Part shown: positions 1 to 9,202 of the stretch, piece after piece
Numbering within the stretch: the first letter of the stretch is position 1
Layout of the letters: the number at the start of each line of letters is the position of its first letter
From: Octopus sinensis
Taxonomy: Eukaryota
Assembly: GCF_006345805.1 (NCBI RefSeq)
Contig: NW_021824303.1
Span: 1 to 19,227, forward strand
Length of the DNA stretch: 19,227 nt
Direction of reading: 5' to 3'
Position numbers and translations under genes: made by a program
Notes under the pieces: generated by a model
What the model saw: only the letters and a program-made list of their open reading frames with translations
What the model was told of the DNA's origin: nothing
Database searches by the model: none

Positions 1-599
1 ACTGATTAGGAAGGCTATCGTATGCAGCTACTTGGCAAAGTAATTCGTGACGAAGATCACTTTTGGATTCCCATATCCAAGCAAACAAGAAAAAATAAAA
101 ATAAATCCTACAGAAGGATGAAAGATACTCAAAAATAGATTTAAGCAGGCCCTACTTTATTATAGAATTTATATCCTATAGAGTGGCTTCTATCAAAATA
201 TACAATATATATATACAGCATTCATTTATGATGTTTGATTAAATGTACGCAAAGAATAGATTGGATTATAAACAGTACCGAATTATTTTCATATATGCTG
301 ACTTTATTTCCCTAATTCATGAATATTGTTCTAATATTTAATGCTTGTTCATGCAAAACATGGAATTACACAGATTATACCACTTGACTATACACGCGTA
401 AAGGAATATACATTTTTATAGGAACTTTGATGTCTTTTTATTATTTTTCAGTGATGTCCGCTCCAATCCTGCTTGCCTAAAATTGACACTAGCTCCTGTG
501 AGAAGATGTGTTTATTTACAAATATGTTGACAGGTACACAATGTTATAGGATATACAATGGGAAAGGATAGTTATATATTGTGTATATATATATATATA

Positions 600-1348
600 T
601 ATTGGCTTGCAACTAAGCTTCCACCGTTTTTTTTTTAAGTTTTGGAATCAATTTTTTTTTTTTTGCACTTAATTTTAGTTAATTTTTGTTTATTTTCAGA
701 TCATTAAAATGGAATGTCAAGTTAAGAAAAACGAGCATTTTCGACACCTCCTTCCTTTTGCTTTTAATTAAGGTTCTGAGGCCGTAAAAGCTGCTCGTGA
801 CATTTGTGCTGCGTATGGAGAGGGTGCCATAGCTGAAAGAACCGCTCGTGATTGGTATGACAAGATCAAAGTTAGAAATTTTGACCTGAAAGACACATCT
901 CGTTCTGGCTGTCCAATTGAGTTCGATGAAGAGAGATTAAACGAACGTTTGCACGAAAATTCTCGTCAAACGACAAGGGAACTGGCAGAGAAAATGGAAT
1001 GCTCCCACACTGCTATAGAGAAGCATCTTCACTCGATGGAAAAGGTTCAGAAGTATGGAGCATGGGTTCCGCATGCTTTAAGTGACAACAACAAAAATCA
1101 ACGCGCCACTATCTCCGCCGGTTTGCTTGCTCGTCACCGCTCAACTCATGGACACAAGCAACGATTTCTTTACCGAATCGTTACTGGCGACGAAAAATGG
1201 TGCCTGTACATCAATATGAAGCAGTGTAAGGAATGGCTTTGCCCCGGTAAACAAGCGACACCCGCGCATGTGAAACAAGATCTTCATCCGCGTAAAACGA
1301 TGTTGTGCGTATGGTGGGACTGGGAAGGGATTATCCATTGCGAATTGC
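600..1348 (+). mobile_element. Mariner (DD34D-type) DNA transposon, 5' half, defective
   Basis: TA at 600-601 then TIR-like TTGGCTTGCAACTAAGCTTCCACCGTTTT, resembling mellifera-type mariner ends. Transposase reading frame starts at ATG 709. Sequence stops abruptly at the CCT tract; no right TIR seen. Confidence 0.92.
709..1348 (+). pseudogene. Mariner transposase pseudogene (N-terminal HTH domains to first catalytic Asp)
   Basis: Manual translation MECQVKKNEHFRHLLPFAFN*GSEAVKAARDICAAYGEGAIAERTARDWY...WVPHAL...IVTGDEKW...HPRKTMLCVWWD. WVPHxL, TGDEKW and MLCVWWD are mariner hallmarks. In-frame TAA at 769-771; second and third catalytic residues are missing. Confidence 0.93.
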
Positions 1349-1815
1349 CTTTCTCCTCCTCCTTCTTCTTCTTCTCCTCCTCCTCCTCCTCCTCTTCTTC
1401 CTCCTCTCCTCCACCTCCTCCTCCTTCATTTCCTCCTCCTCCCTCACTTCCTCCTCCTCCCTCACTTCCTCCTCCTCCCTCACTTCCTCCTCCTCCTCCT
1501 CCTCTCCCATCCTCCTCCTCACCCCCTCCTCACCCCTCGTCTGCTCCTCCTCTTCTTTCTCCTCCTCCTCTCCCCCTCCTCCTCCCATCCTCTCCTCCAC
1601 TTCCTCCCCCTCTTCCTCCTTCCTCCTTCCTCCTCCTCCTTCCTCCCCTCTTCCTCCTCTTCCTCTTCCTCCTTCCTCATCATCTTCCTCTTCATCCTCG
1701 TCTTCCTCTTCCTCCACCATCTCCTCCCCCTCCTCCTCCATCCGCCTTATCCCTCCATGCCTCCTCTTTCCTCATCCTCTCCATGCCTTCTCCTTCCTCC
1801 TCCTCCTCCTCTCCA
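1349..1815. repeat. (CCT)n/CT-rich low-complexity tract including three copies of an 18-bp unit TTCCTCCTCCTCCCTCAC
   Basis: Read directly; nearly pure pyrimidine on the + strand. Confidence 0.97.
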
Positions 1816-1818
1816 CCC

Positions 1819-1893
1819 CGGTGCCGTTATCGAACACTCACTACCACACGATTGCGAGTCCAACGCCCTAACCACTGAGCCACGAATCTTCAC
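1819..1893 (-). mobile_element. tRNA-derived SINE head (Pol III A/B boxes), body missing
   Basis: Minus strand reads GTGAAGATTCGTGGCTCAGTGGTTAGGGCGTTGGACTCGCAATCGTGTGGTAGTGAGTGTTCGATAACGGCACC: A-box TGGCTCAGTGG (1872-1882), B-box-like GTTCGATAAC (1826-1835). No full cloverleaf. Confidence 0.75.
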
Positions 1894-1962
1894 ACAAAAT
1901 ATAATTCGGAAGAGTTATATCATTTCTGCTATTTCTAACAAAAACCGAGCAACCACTTCCAG

Positions 1963-2161
1963 GCCCCTTTTCCATTGGCTTATTTCAGGAAGTGATTCAA
2001 TTAAGAAGGTTTCCGTCCAACCAAAAATTGATAGAATATCGATCGGGAGAGACGCAAGGTCAACGCTTCCCTCTGGCATACTTTGAATTACTTACCCTTG
2101 GCAGAGGAGGCATTCCTGTTCGTTTTTACATTCTTTCGATTCTGATTATAACATTTTTCAG
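1963..2161 (+). CDS. Candidate internal coding exon of an unidentified host gene
   Basis: Stop-free frame 1905-2162 in non-repetitive sequence. CTAAC branch-like motif near 1935, acceptors CACTTCCAG (1962) or TTATTTCAG (1988), donor CAG|GTAATA (2161). Peptide PFSIGLFQEVIQLRRFPSNQKLIEYRSGETQGQRFPLAYFELLTLGRGGIP is not recognised. Confidence 0.3.
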
Positions 2162-2199
2162 GTAATACAAGATTACTATTTTAATATAAACTTCTAACT

Positions 2200-2261
2200 G
2201 GGTGGTGGATGTGGTGGTGGTGGTGATTCTAGCAGTTTTAGTAGTATTACTTTTTGTTGTT

Positions 2262-2303
<42 letters not shown>

Positions 2304-2506
2304 ATAGTAGTAGTAGTAGTAGTAGTAGTAATATTAATAATAGTAGTAGTAGTAATAGTAGTAGTGGTAGTAATAATAATAGTAGTAGTAGTAGTAGTAA
2401 TAGTAGTAGTAGTAGTAATTTTAGTAGTGTTAGTGGTGGTGGTGGTAGTGATAGGGCTAGCAGTGGTTATGATGGTTGTGATAATGATGATAGTAGTAGT
2501 AGTAGT

Positions 2507-2538
<32 letters not shown>

Positions 2539-2770
2539 TAGTAGTAGTAATATCAGTAGTAATAGTAGTAGTAGTGTGTAGTGGTGGTAGTTACCTCTCT
2601 GCTGGAGAAACGAGATGATAGTGATGTTGACCATATTGATATTTATAATAACACTGATGATGATGATGATGATGATGATGATGAGGAAGAGGAGGAGGAA
2701 GAGGAGGAAGAGGATAGTAATGATGTTAATGATGATGATGATGATGGTGATGGTGATGATGACATGGTTG
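2200..2770. repeat. Compound trinucleotide microsatellite (GGT/GTA/GCA then GAT/GAG)
   Basis: Read directly; source of the poly-Val and poly-Asp/Glu pseudo-ORFs. Confidence 0.95.
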
Positions 2771-2829
2771 TTGACTGTGATGAATTTTGGTTAACCTCCA
2801 TTACAAATGTAGCTTGTTGCTATTTTTAA

Positions 2830-3340
2830 TCGTCATCATCATCATTATCAGAATTATCACCGCCACAAACCATCATCATCATCATCATCATTATCACCAT
2901 CATGAACATCATCGTGATGAGGATGATAATGATGAGGAGGGAGATTATGATCATGATCATGGTCATCGTCGTCGTCGTCATCATCATAATCATCATTATT
3001 TTCCCCTCTTCTTCTTCCTCCTCATCCTATATCATCCACATCATCATCAACATCATTAGCATCATCAGGATCATTACCATTACTCTCATCATCATGCTCA
3101 TTACCATCACCCTTGTGATCACGAAAATCACAATCCCCGTCCTCCACCCTCCTCTAACCCCCTCCCCAGCTCTCCGTCTCCTGATCCCCCCTCCACTTCC
3201 ACCTCCTCCTCCTCCTCCACATCATCCACCTCCACCTCCACCACCACCACTTCCTCCTCCACCACCTCCTACTCTTCCACCCCTCCACCCCCTCCTCCAC
3301 CTCCCTCATCGTTATCATCACTATCGTCATCGTCTCCATT
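2830..3340. repeat. Compound trinucleotide microsatellite (CAT then CCT/CCA)
   Basis: Read directly; source of the poly-His/Ile/Pro pseudo-ORFs. Confidence 0.95.
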
Positions 3341-3635
3341 ATTCCTGTGCCGTTCTATTCCTATTCTCTGGCGTTAGAATAACCTTCAGCACGTGGTAAC
3401 CCTTTTGCACCAAACTTCGAAAATAATTCATTTAATCTCTGCCAACCGATGTTGCCAGATGCTTCTTTGGCCCCAAGGAATAAAATATTCTCGTTGATGA
3501 AAAACTAAAGAATCTTCCAAGAAATTATTAAATCAGTTCTTAATTTACTTCCTCTTGAAGAGGTTCTCAAAATATGTTTTAATGCAAAACAACGGAATTG
3601 CATTTTTATTTTGCATTAAAATTTATGGAATACTG

Positions 3636-3742
3636 AAGGCGGAATCGTTACCATGCGACGCACGAAAGCTTAGAAGCATTTCGGCCGTATTTACGTTCTG
3701 ATTTCAAATCCCGCCGGGGTCGACTTTGCTCGTAATCCTTTC
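3636..3742 (+). mobile_element. Older SINE (family A), 5' half
   Basis: AAGGCGG...GAATCGTTA...TACGTTCTGATTTCAAATCCCGCCGGGGTCGACTTTGC is homologous to the reverse complement of the copy at 3931-4163. Confidence 0.8.
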
Positions 3743-3930
3743 TTATTTCTTTACTACCCACATTACGGGGCAACACACAGAGGGGACAAAAGAGGATAGA
3801 CAAACGGATTAAGTCGATTATATCGACCCCAGTGTGTAACTGGTACTTATTTAATCGACCCCAAAAGGATGAAAGGCAAAGTCGACTTTGGCGGAATTTG
3901 AACTCAGAACGTAGCGGCAGACGAAATACC
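3743..3930 (-). mobile_element. SINE family A, 5'-truncated unit of a dimer
   Basis: High identity to 3931-4120; ends at ...GACGAAATACC. Confidence 0.92.
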
Positions 3931-4163
3931 TATTTCTTTATTACTCACAGGGGGCTAAAGATAGAGGGGACAAACAAGGACAGACATAGGTATTAAGTCG
4001 ATTACATCGACCCCAGTGCGTAACTGGTACTTAATTTATCGACCCCGAAAGGATGAAAGGCAAAGTCGACCTTGGCGGAATTTGAACTCAGAACGTAGCG
4101 GCAGACGAAATACCGCTAAGCATTTCGCCCGGCATGCTAACGATTCTGCCAGCTCGCCGCCTT
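3931..4163 (-). mobile_element. SINE family A, full-length tRNA-derived copy
   Basis: Minus strand: head AAGGCGGCGAGCTGGCAGAATCGTTAGC, B-box GAGTTCAAATTCC, central GTCGACTTTGCCTTTCATCCTTTCGGGGTCGATAAA, tail TAATAAAGAAATA. Homologous copies elsewhere in the window. Confidence 0.93.
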
Positions 4164-4174
4164 CATCCTTCATC

Positions 4175-4295
4175 CTTTGCCTGTAATCCTTTCTGGGTCG
4201 ATAAATGAAGTACCAGTGGAGTATTGGGGTCGATGTAATCGACTATTCCCTTCCCCGAATGTGCTGTCCTTGTGCCGTAATTTGAAAGCAATATT
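4175..4295 (+). mobile_element. Older SINE (family A-related), 3' half, continuing 3636-3742
   Basis: CTTTGCCTGTAATCCTTTCTGGGTCGATAAATGAAGTACCAGT...GGGGTCGATGTAATCGACT continues the consensus where the 5' half stops. Confidence 0.8.
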
Positions 4296-4314
4296 AAAAA
4301 AAATACAGTCACAC

Positions 4315-4512
4315 TTAATATATATTGTGGGTTTTTATTTCTTTGTCCTCGGGATTATCCTTCCGACGGATTTCATTATAGAGTATCCTAGCTAAAACAT
4401 CATGTCTCATCCGTAGATAATACAGTGATGACATTTTCGGACAACTGCTTATGATGTCGGTGATATCTTCAGTGTGAGTTCCACAAAGTCTGCGTCGGTT
4501 GTCACATTTTAA
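4315..4512 (-). mobile_element. Non-LTR retrotransposon fragment, R4/Dong-like RLE clade, zinc knuckle region
   Basis: Translation RRLCGTHTEDITDIISSCPKMSSLYYLRMRHDVLARILYNEI matches the CX2CX8HX4C plus RHD motif of RLE-encoding LINEs, with the first C and the H decayed. Confidence 0.8.
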
Positions 4513-4513
4513 G

Positions 4514-4630
4514 TACGTATGTATATATATGTGTGTGTATGCATGTATGTATGTACGTATGTAGCATGTATGTATGTATGTATGTATGTATGTATGTATG
4601 TATGTATGTATGTATGTATGTATGTATGTA
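4514..4630. repeat. (TATG)n microsatellite
   Basis: Read directly. Confidence 0.97.
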
Positions 4631-5210
4631 TACAGGTTGTCCCAAAAGTGAGGTAACAATTTTTTTTCAATTTTGCCGGAGCAAAATATGGCTATTTTTT
4701 GGGTCCGTGCGTTGCAATGCAATGGTAAAGGAAACACAATTATGACTCTATCGCAGTTATTCGATATGACCACCTCTGTTTGGACTAACAGACTTAAGTG
4801 TTGGTGCTAATGCTTCATACCCAGCACGCAGCTCTTGTGGAATCCAAATCCATTCTTGGAGCAGTTTTGCCTTCAGAGTGTCGAGTTAAGCATTAGGAGT
4901 ATTCGAGACCATCGTCTCCAGAATAGACCAAACATAACAATCCAGCAGGCTGAGGTCGTGGCTTCTTGAGTACCATACGTTCTGCCAATGAACGACGAAC
5001 TGTTGTTTTGAATCCAGGGTTGTGTCTTAGGGTTAGGGTTAGGGTTAGGGTTAGGGTTAGGGTTAGGGTTAGGGTTAGGGTTAGGGTTAGGGTGTCTGTT
5101 TGGGATGTTGCCAAGTTCTGCTGGAGGCTCTAACGTGCTCCTTGAAGGTGTTTATTCACTCATGGAAGCAGTAGAGTTTCCAGTATGTCGCTGATGCATT
5201 GTTGGATATT
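4631..5210 (-). mobile_element. Tc1/mariner-superfamily maT (DD37D)-like transposon, 3' half with TIR
   Basis: TA + CAGGTTGTCCCAAAAGT terminus at 4631. Minus-strand translation ISDILETLLLP*VNKHLQGAR*SLQQNLATSQT..TQPWIQNN...WYSRSHDLSLLDCYVWSILE...LKAKLLQEW...GGHIE* (stop 4757-4759) matches QQD...SPDLNPLD...GGHIE. Reconstructed spacing between catalytic Asp2 and Asp3 is 37 aa. Confidence 0.88.
5027..5092 (+). repeat. Interstitial telomeric repeat (TTAGGG)11
   Basis: 11 perfect units counted; TTAGGG is the molluscan/vertebrate telomere repeat. Confidence 0.98.
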
Positions 5211-5241
5211 TATTTTTTTTCTCTTTAAAAAGAATAAATAT

Positions 5242-5272
<31 letters not shown>

Positions 5273-5300
5273 TATATTATATATATGGCGTGTGCCCAGC

Positions 5301-5366
5301 AAAATGGCAGTGCCCCAGCATGGCCACAGCTCTAGGCTGAAACTAGAATCAATCAATCAATCAATC
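5301..5366 (+). mobile_element. SINE family B 3' terminus with (ATCA)n tail
   Basis: GGCAGTGCCCCAGCATGGCCACAGC...CTGAAAC matches 12050-12090. Confidence 0.7.
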
Positions 5367-5432
5367 ATATATATATATATATATATATAATATATATCTA
5401 TATATATCATACATACATACATACATATATAT

Positions 5433-5664
5433 ATGTTCTTTAGTACCCACAAGGGGCTAAACACAGAGGGGACAAACAAGGACAGACAAAGGGGTTAAGT
5501 CGATTACATCGACCCCAGTGCGTAACTGGTACTTATTTAATGGACCCCGAAAGGATGAAAGGCAAAGTCGACCTCGGCGGAATTTGAACTCGGAACGCAA
5601 CGACAGACGAAATACGGTTAGGAATTTCGCCTGGCCTGCTAACGTTTCTACCAGCTCGCCGCTT
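5433..5664 (-). mobile_element. SINE family A, full-length monomer
   Basis: Colinear with 3931-4163 from tail to head (...CCAGCTCGCCGCTT). Confidence 0.93.
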
Positions 5665-6034
5665 GGGTATTTATTTTAACACCCGAGGGCACGAAAATCA
5701 GGAGAGGCCTTCCAGTGGCTGTCACAGACGCCTCAATCATAGCTGACTGTAGATTTTGACGGCGACGTACGAGTCTACCCACGACGGAGCCAGATATATT
5801 CCAAACTTCGTCAGTCTGGTTGTTCACTCTCTGTTCAATGTCAAATGTAACAGACAGTCAATGTCAAATTGATGTAAAAACCTTCGATATCTGTGGCTGT
5901 GGACAGTGACCTCTATCTACGAAAGAAACTTCAAGAAATGTGACGTACAATCAACTTGTTTATAGATATCTCGTCAGGAAATAATCAGTTGTTATTTTAA
6001 AATTACTTGAAATTTAGAAATTCAATGTAACACA

Positions 6035-6049
6035 CACACATATGGTGTA

Positions 6050-6087
<38 letters not shown>

Positions 6088-6333
6088 TTATTATTATATA
6101 TATATATATATGTCTATATATATATATATATATATATAATATACACATATATATATACATATGTATATTATATATATATATATACGTATATAATATATAA
6201 GCATGTATACATACATGCATATAATATCTATATATATATATATATATATATTACATAAGCAAAGCAATTATACATACATATATATATACATATGTATATA
6301 TATATACACATATATATATATATATTACACATG

Positions 6334-6400
<67 letters not shown>

Positions 6401-6545
6401 CTATATCTGTCTGTGTGAATTTGTACGAAGATAGAAAGTTAGACGAATGGATATATATATAATATTATATATATATATATATATATATAAATATTATATA
6501 TATTATATATATATACACACACACAACATATATATATATAAGTAT
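6035..6545. repeat. (TA)n-rich compound microsatellite
   Basis: Read directly. Confidence 0.95.
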
Positions 6546-6819
6546 TAATATAAGTTAACAGATTTATTGCGAGAAGCGAAAACATCGATGGTTTAATGTT
6601 CGTTTCAATCGCTTTGAGTATTGGTCAGAAGAATGGAAAGAAATGAAGCAAGAATTAATAATGGATTGTACTCAGAGAATGTACCTGGGTAGCCGGAGCA
6701 TTAATCTATTGTTGATGTTATTGATTGATTTCTATCAATATTGATTTATGCAAACTATGTACACCCGAATTTTTTTTCATTATTATTTTTGTAGAAACAT
6801 AATTGGCTTCATCGATCTG

Positions 6820-6821
6820 AA

Positions 6822-6852
<31 letters not shown>

Positions 6853-6902
6853 ATTCATATTTTTCTTCTTCTCCCGACTTTTATCATTATTATTATTATT
6901 AA

Positions 6903-6954
<52 letters not shown>

Positions 6955-7033
6955 GTTGTTGTTGTTGTTGTTGTTGTTATTATTATTATTATTGTTGTTG
7001 TTGTTGTTATTATTATTATTATTATTATTGTTG

Positions 7034-7070
<37 letters not shown>

Positions 7071-7199
7071 TATTATATTGTTGTTGCCGTTGTTGCTATT
7101 GTTGTTGTTATTATCATTATTATTATTACTATTATTTCAATTATTATTATTATTATTACTATTGAGTGAGAGAGCAGTTCATGCCATTATTATTATTAA

Positions 7200-7236
<37 letters not shown>

Positions 7237-7264
7237 GCTATTATTATTATTATTATTATTATTA

Positions 7265-7306
<42 letters not shown>

Positions 7307-7327
7307 CATCATTACTATTATTATTAC

Positions 7328-7380
<53 letters not shown>

Positions 7381-7422
7381 TTTATTATTTATTATTTATT
7401 GTTGTTGTTGTTGTTGTTGTTA
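6820..7422. repeat. (TTA)n/(TTG)n microsatellite
   Basis: Read directly; abuts the 3' end of the LINE fragment at 7423. Confidence 0.97.
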
Positions 7423-7748
7423 TACTTCTCAGAACGTTCGGTCTTGTTTGTTCTGGTAGAAACTGTGAGAGAGGACAGCAGTCTGCTGTCTGCTGTCAGA
7501 GGTCTCAGGGTTCCTTTCTGCACATCATAAGTTTTGACACTTGGTTGTTAATTATTGTAGGAGACATCCACCATTCAAGTACCAATCTCAAAATCGTAGC
7601 TGTTCCCTCCCCAGCAGAGCAGGTTTTGGGGCTTGCTCTACCCTCATGTCAATTCCGATTTCTTTGTCATATTTCTGTAACTTGGTTGTTAGTGCTCCGA
7701 GTACCCCTAAAAATTACTGGAATGACAGACACACTCTTCATAGTCCAC
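7423..7748 (-). mobile_element. 5'-truncated R4/Dong-like LINE (RLE C-terminus plus 3' UTR)
   Basis: With two frameshifts the minus strand reads WTMKSVSVIPVI/LGVLGALTTKLQKYDKEIGIDMRVEQAPKPALL/GTATILRLVL, the typical VIPVVIGALG...QKTALLGTARILRKVL end of R4-clade ORFs. Followed by (AAC)n(AAT)n. Confidence 0.85.
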
Positions 7749-7761
7749 TATTATTATTATT

Positions 7762-7890
7762 ATTTTTTTTTCTTCTTTCAAATTTGCTTCCATTTCTTGC
7801 CGAGTGTCTTCCCGACTCCTAGGGCAAAGAAACTCATAGTATACATTGGTAGGCCATTAAACCAAACTCAGTAGTTCGTTCATTTCTTTT
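7762..7890 (-). mobile_element. Possible second retroelement 3' end with A/(AAT)n tail
   Basis: Minus strand ends ...AAATTTGAAAGAAGAAAAAAAAATAATAATAAT; no coding motif recognised. Confidence 0.3.
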
Positions 7891-7959
7891 TTCTTTTTTT
7901 TTAAAGTTAAATTAAAATACATGAGCAGCAACAGTTCTCACATCGACAATGCTCTTCTC

Positions 7960-7993
7960 AATTATTATTATAATTATTATTATTATTATTATA

Positions 7994-8024
<31 letters not shown>

Positions 8025-8135
8025 TATTATTATTATTGTCATCATCATAATCATTATTATTACTATCATTAATATTATTATCAACATCATCATTAATATT
8101 ATGAATATATTATTATTCTCATCATCATCATCATC
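7960..8135. repeat. (ATT)n/(CAT)n microsatellite
   Basis: Read directly. Confidence 0.95.
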
Positions 8136-8386
8136 GTGATCACCATCTCTTTTCTAACTGGCAATATTTAAAACTAAGCGCGTTGGTTGTTTTTTAAAAG
8201 ATCTATCCGGAAGATAAACATCATGTGAGATGTTATACTTTAACAAACACACCCATTATCCTTATTAAATATAACAAGAAACGTAAAGTGAAATTAGCAT
8301 GTCTGATCACACTTAAACACAGCATACAAATTATCGATCGTCACCCGTAACTTTGTAGCGAGAAATGATGTCTCCCTATATGCTGT

Positions 8387-8850
8387 TCATAACTGTTTAT
8401 AACTGCTTAGGATGTTCTTGTGTCCTAGCATATGTGCTGCTTTTAGTTTTCGTATTTTCCAGTGGTGTTCTCTGACTATTATTTTAACTTCATCCCATTG
8501 AAGGAGGTGGTCTCCATTTTTCCATACATGATTAGCTACACCCGATTTGTCAATATCTCCCCGTTTCACAGATTTGCGATGTTCGTCTACCCTTATTTTG
8601 AGGGGGCGGCATGTTTCGCCTTTGTATAACCTTCCACAGCTGCACGGGATGGAGTACACGCAGTCTTTGGTCATATTCTCTTCTATTGGTGGTTTTACCC
8701 GAAGGAGATATTTGCGAAGTGTTGTATTACTCTTGAATACTGTCCTGATGTCATATCTTTTGTATCTTTTCGAAGAGGCCTTTCAGATAGGGTAGACAGA
8801 CTGTGGACAGTTTATCGGTTTCATCTCCTCTTTTTTTCCTAATTGGAGTG
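8387..8850 (-). mobile_element. Penelope-like element fragment encoding GIY-YIG endonuclease (defective)
   Basis: Minus strand reads TVCLPYLKGLFEKIQK/YDIRTVFKSNTTLRKYLLRVKPP...CVYSIPCSCGRLYKGETCRPLKIRVDEHR...KSGVANHVW: PLE linker plus VYxIPCxC..YxGET.R.L..R..EH. Frameshift near 8757. Confidence 0.9.
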
Positions 8851-8964
8851 GAGTGTATGCTTTTGGGATTAACAACGAACAAGATAAAGACAAATATTCG
8901 TCAATTGTAAATGATGTAATTAATGTACATAATTTCTTATCTCTTAAATATAGAACTGTATTAT

Positions 8965-9071
8965 CTGTGTGCCTGTCTGTCAGTCTGTCTGTCAGATAGA
9001 TAGACAGACAGACACATAATACAGTTATCTATCTATCTATCTATCTATCTGTCTATCGATCGATCTAACTG

Positions 9072-9132
<61 letters not shown>

Positions 9133-9160
9133 TATCTATATATCTATCTATCTATACATA
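8965..9160. repeat. (TCTG)n/(TCTA)n microsatellite
   Basis: Read directly. Confidence 0.95.
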
Positions 9161-9202
9161 CGTAGACTCAAACATACACACATATATATCATTTGTATAT
9201 CA

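Noticed and set aside
452-497. 46-nt micro-exon (TTTTTCAG|...|GTGAGA, DVRSNPACLKLTLAP)
   Set aside because: Splice-like sites are common in AT-rich DNA and the peptide is too short to support a call.
949-1878. 309-aa ORF as a domesticated transposase (SETMAR-like) or proline-rich fusion protein
   Set aside because: The true start at 709 is followed by a stop at 769, two catalytic residues are absent, and the C-terminal half is just the CCT tract.
1819-1893. Functional tRNA gene (also 12912-12985)
   Set aside because: A/B boxes are present but no acceptor stem or complete cloverleaf could be drawn; these are SINE heads.
2202-3399. Poly-Val, poly-His, poly-Pro and acidic ORFs
   Set aside because: Translations of stop-free trinucleotide repeats, open in several frames, with no splice or domain evidence.
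3395-3560. Right TIR and C-terminus of the mariner at 600
   Set aside because: TTTTGCACCAA does not match the left TIR, and the weak FFGPKE-like peptide lies after, not before, it.
5027-5092. A true chromosome end
   Set aside because: Only 11 units, flanked on both sides by contiguous transposase sequence.
6748-7530. 260-aa hydrophobic ORF resembling a membrane protein
   Set aside because: (ATT/TTA/GTT)n microsatellite translation.
4315-7748. The two R4-like fragments as one interrupted element
   Set aside because: On the minus strand the C-terminal piece (7748-7423) precedes the zinc knuckle (4512-4315), the wrong order, so they are independent copies.
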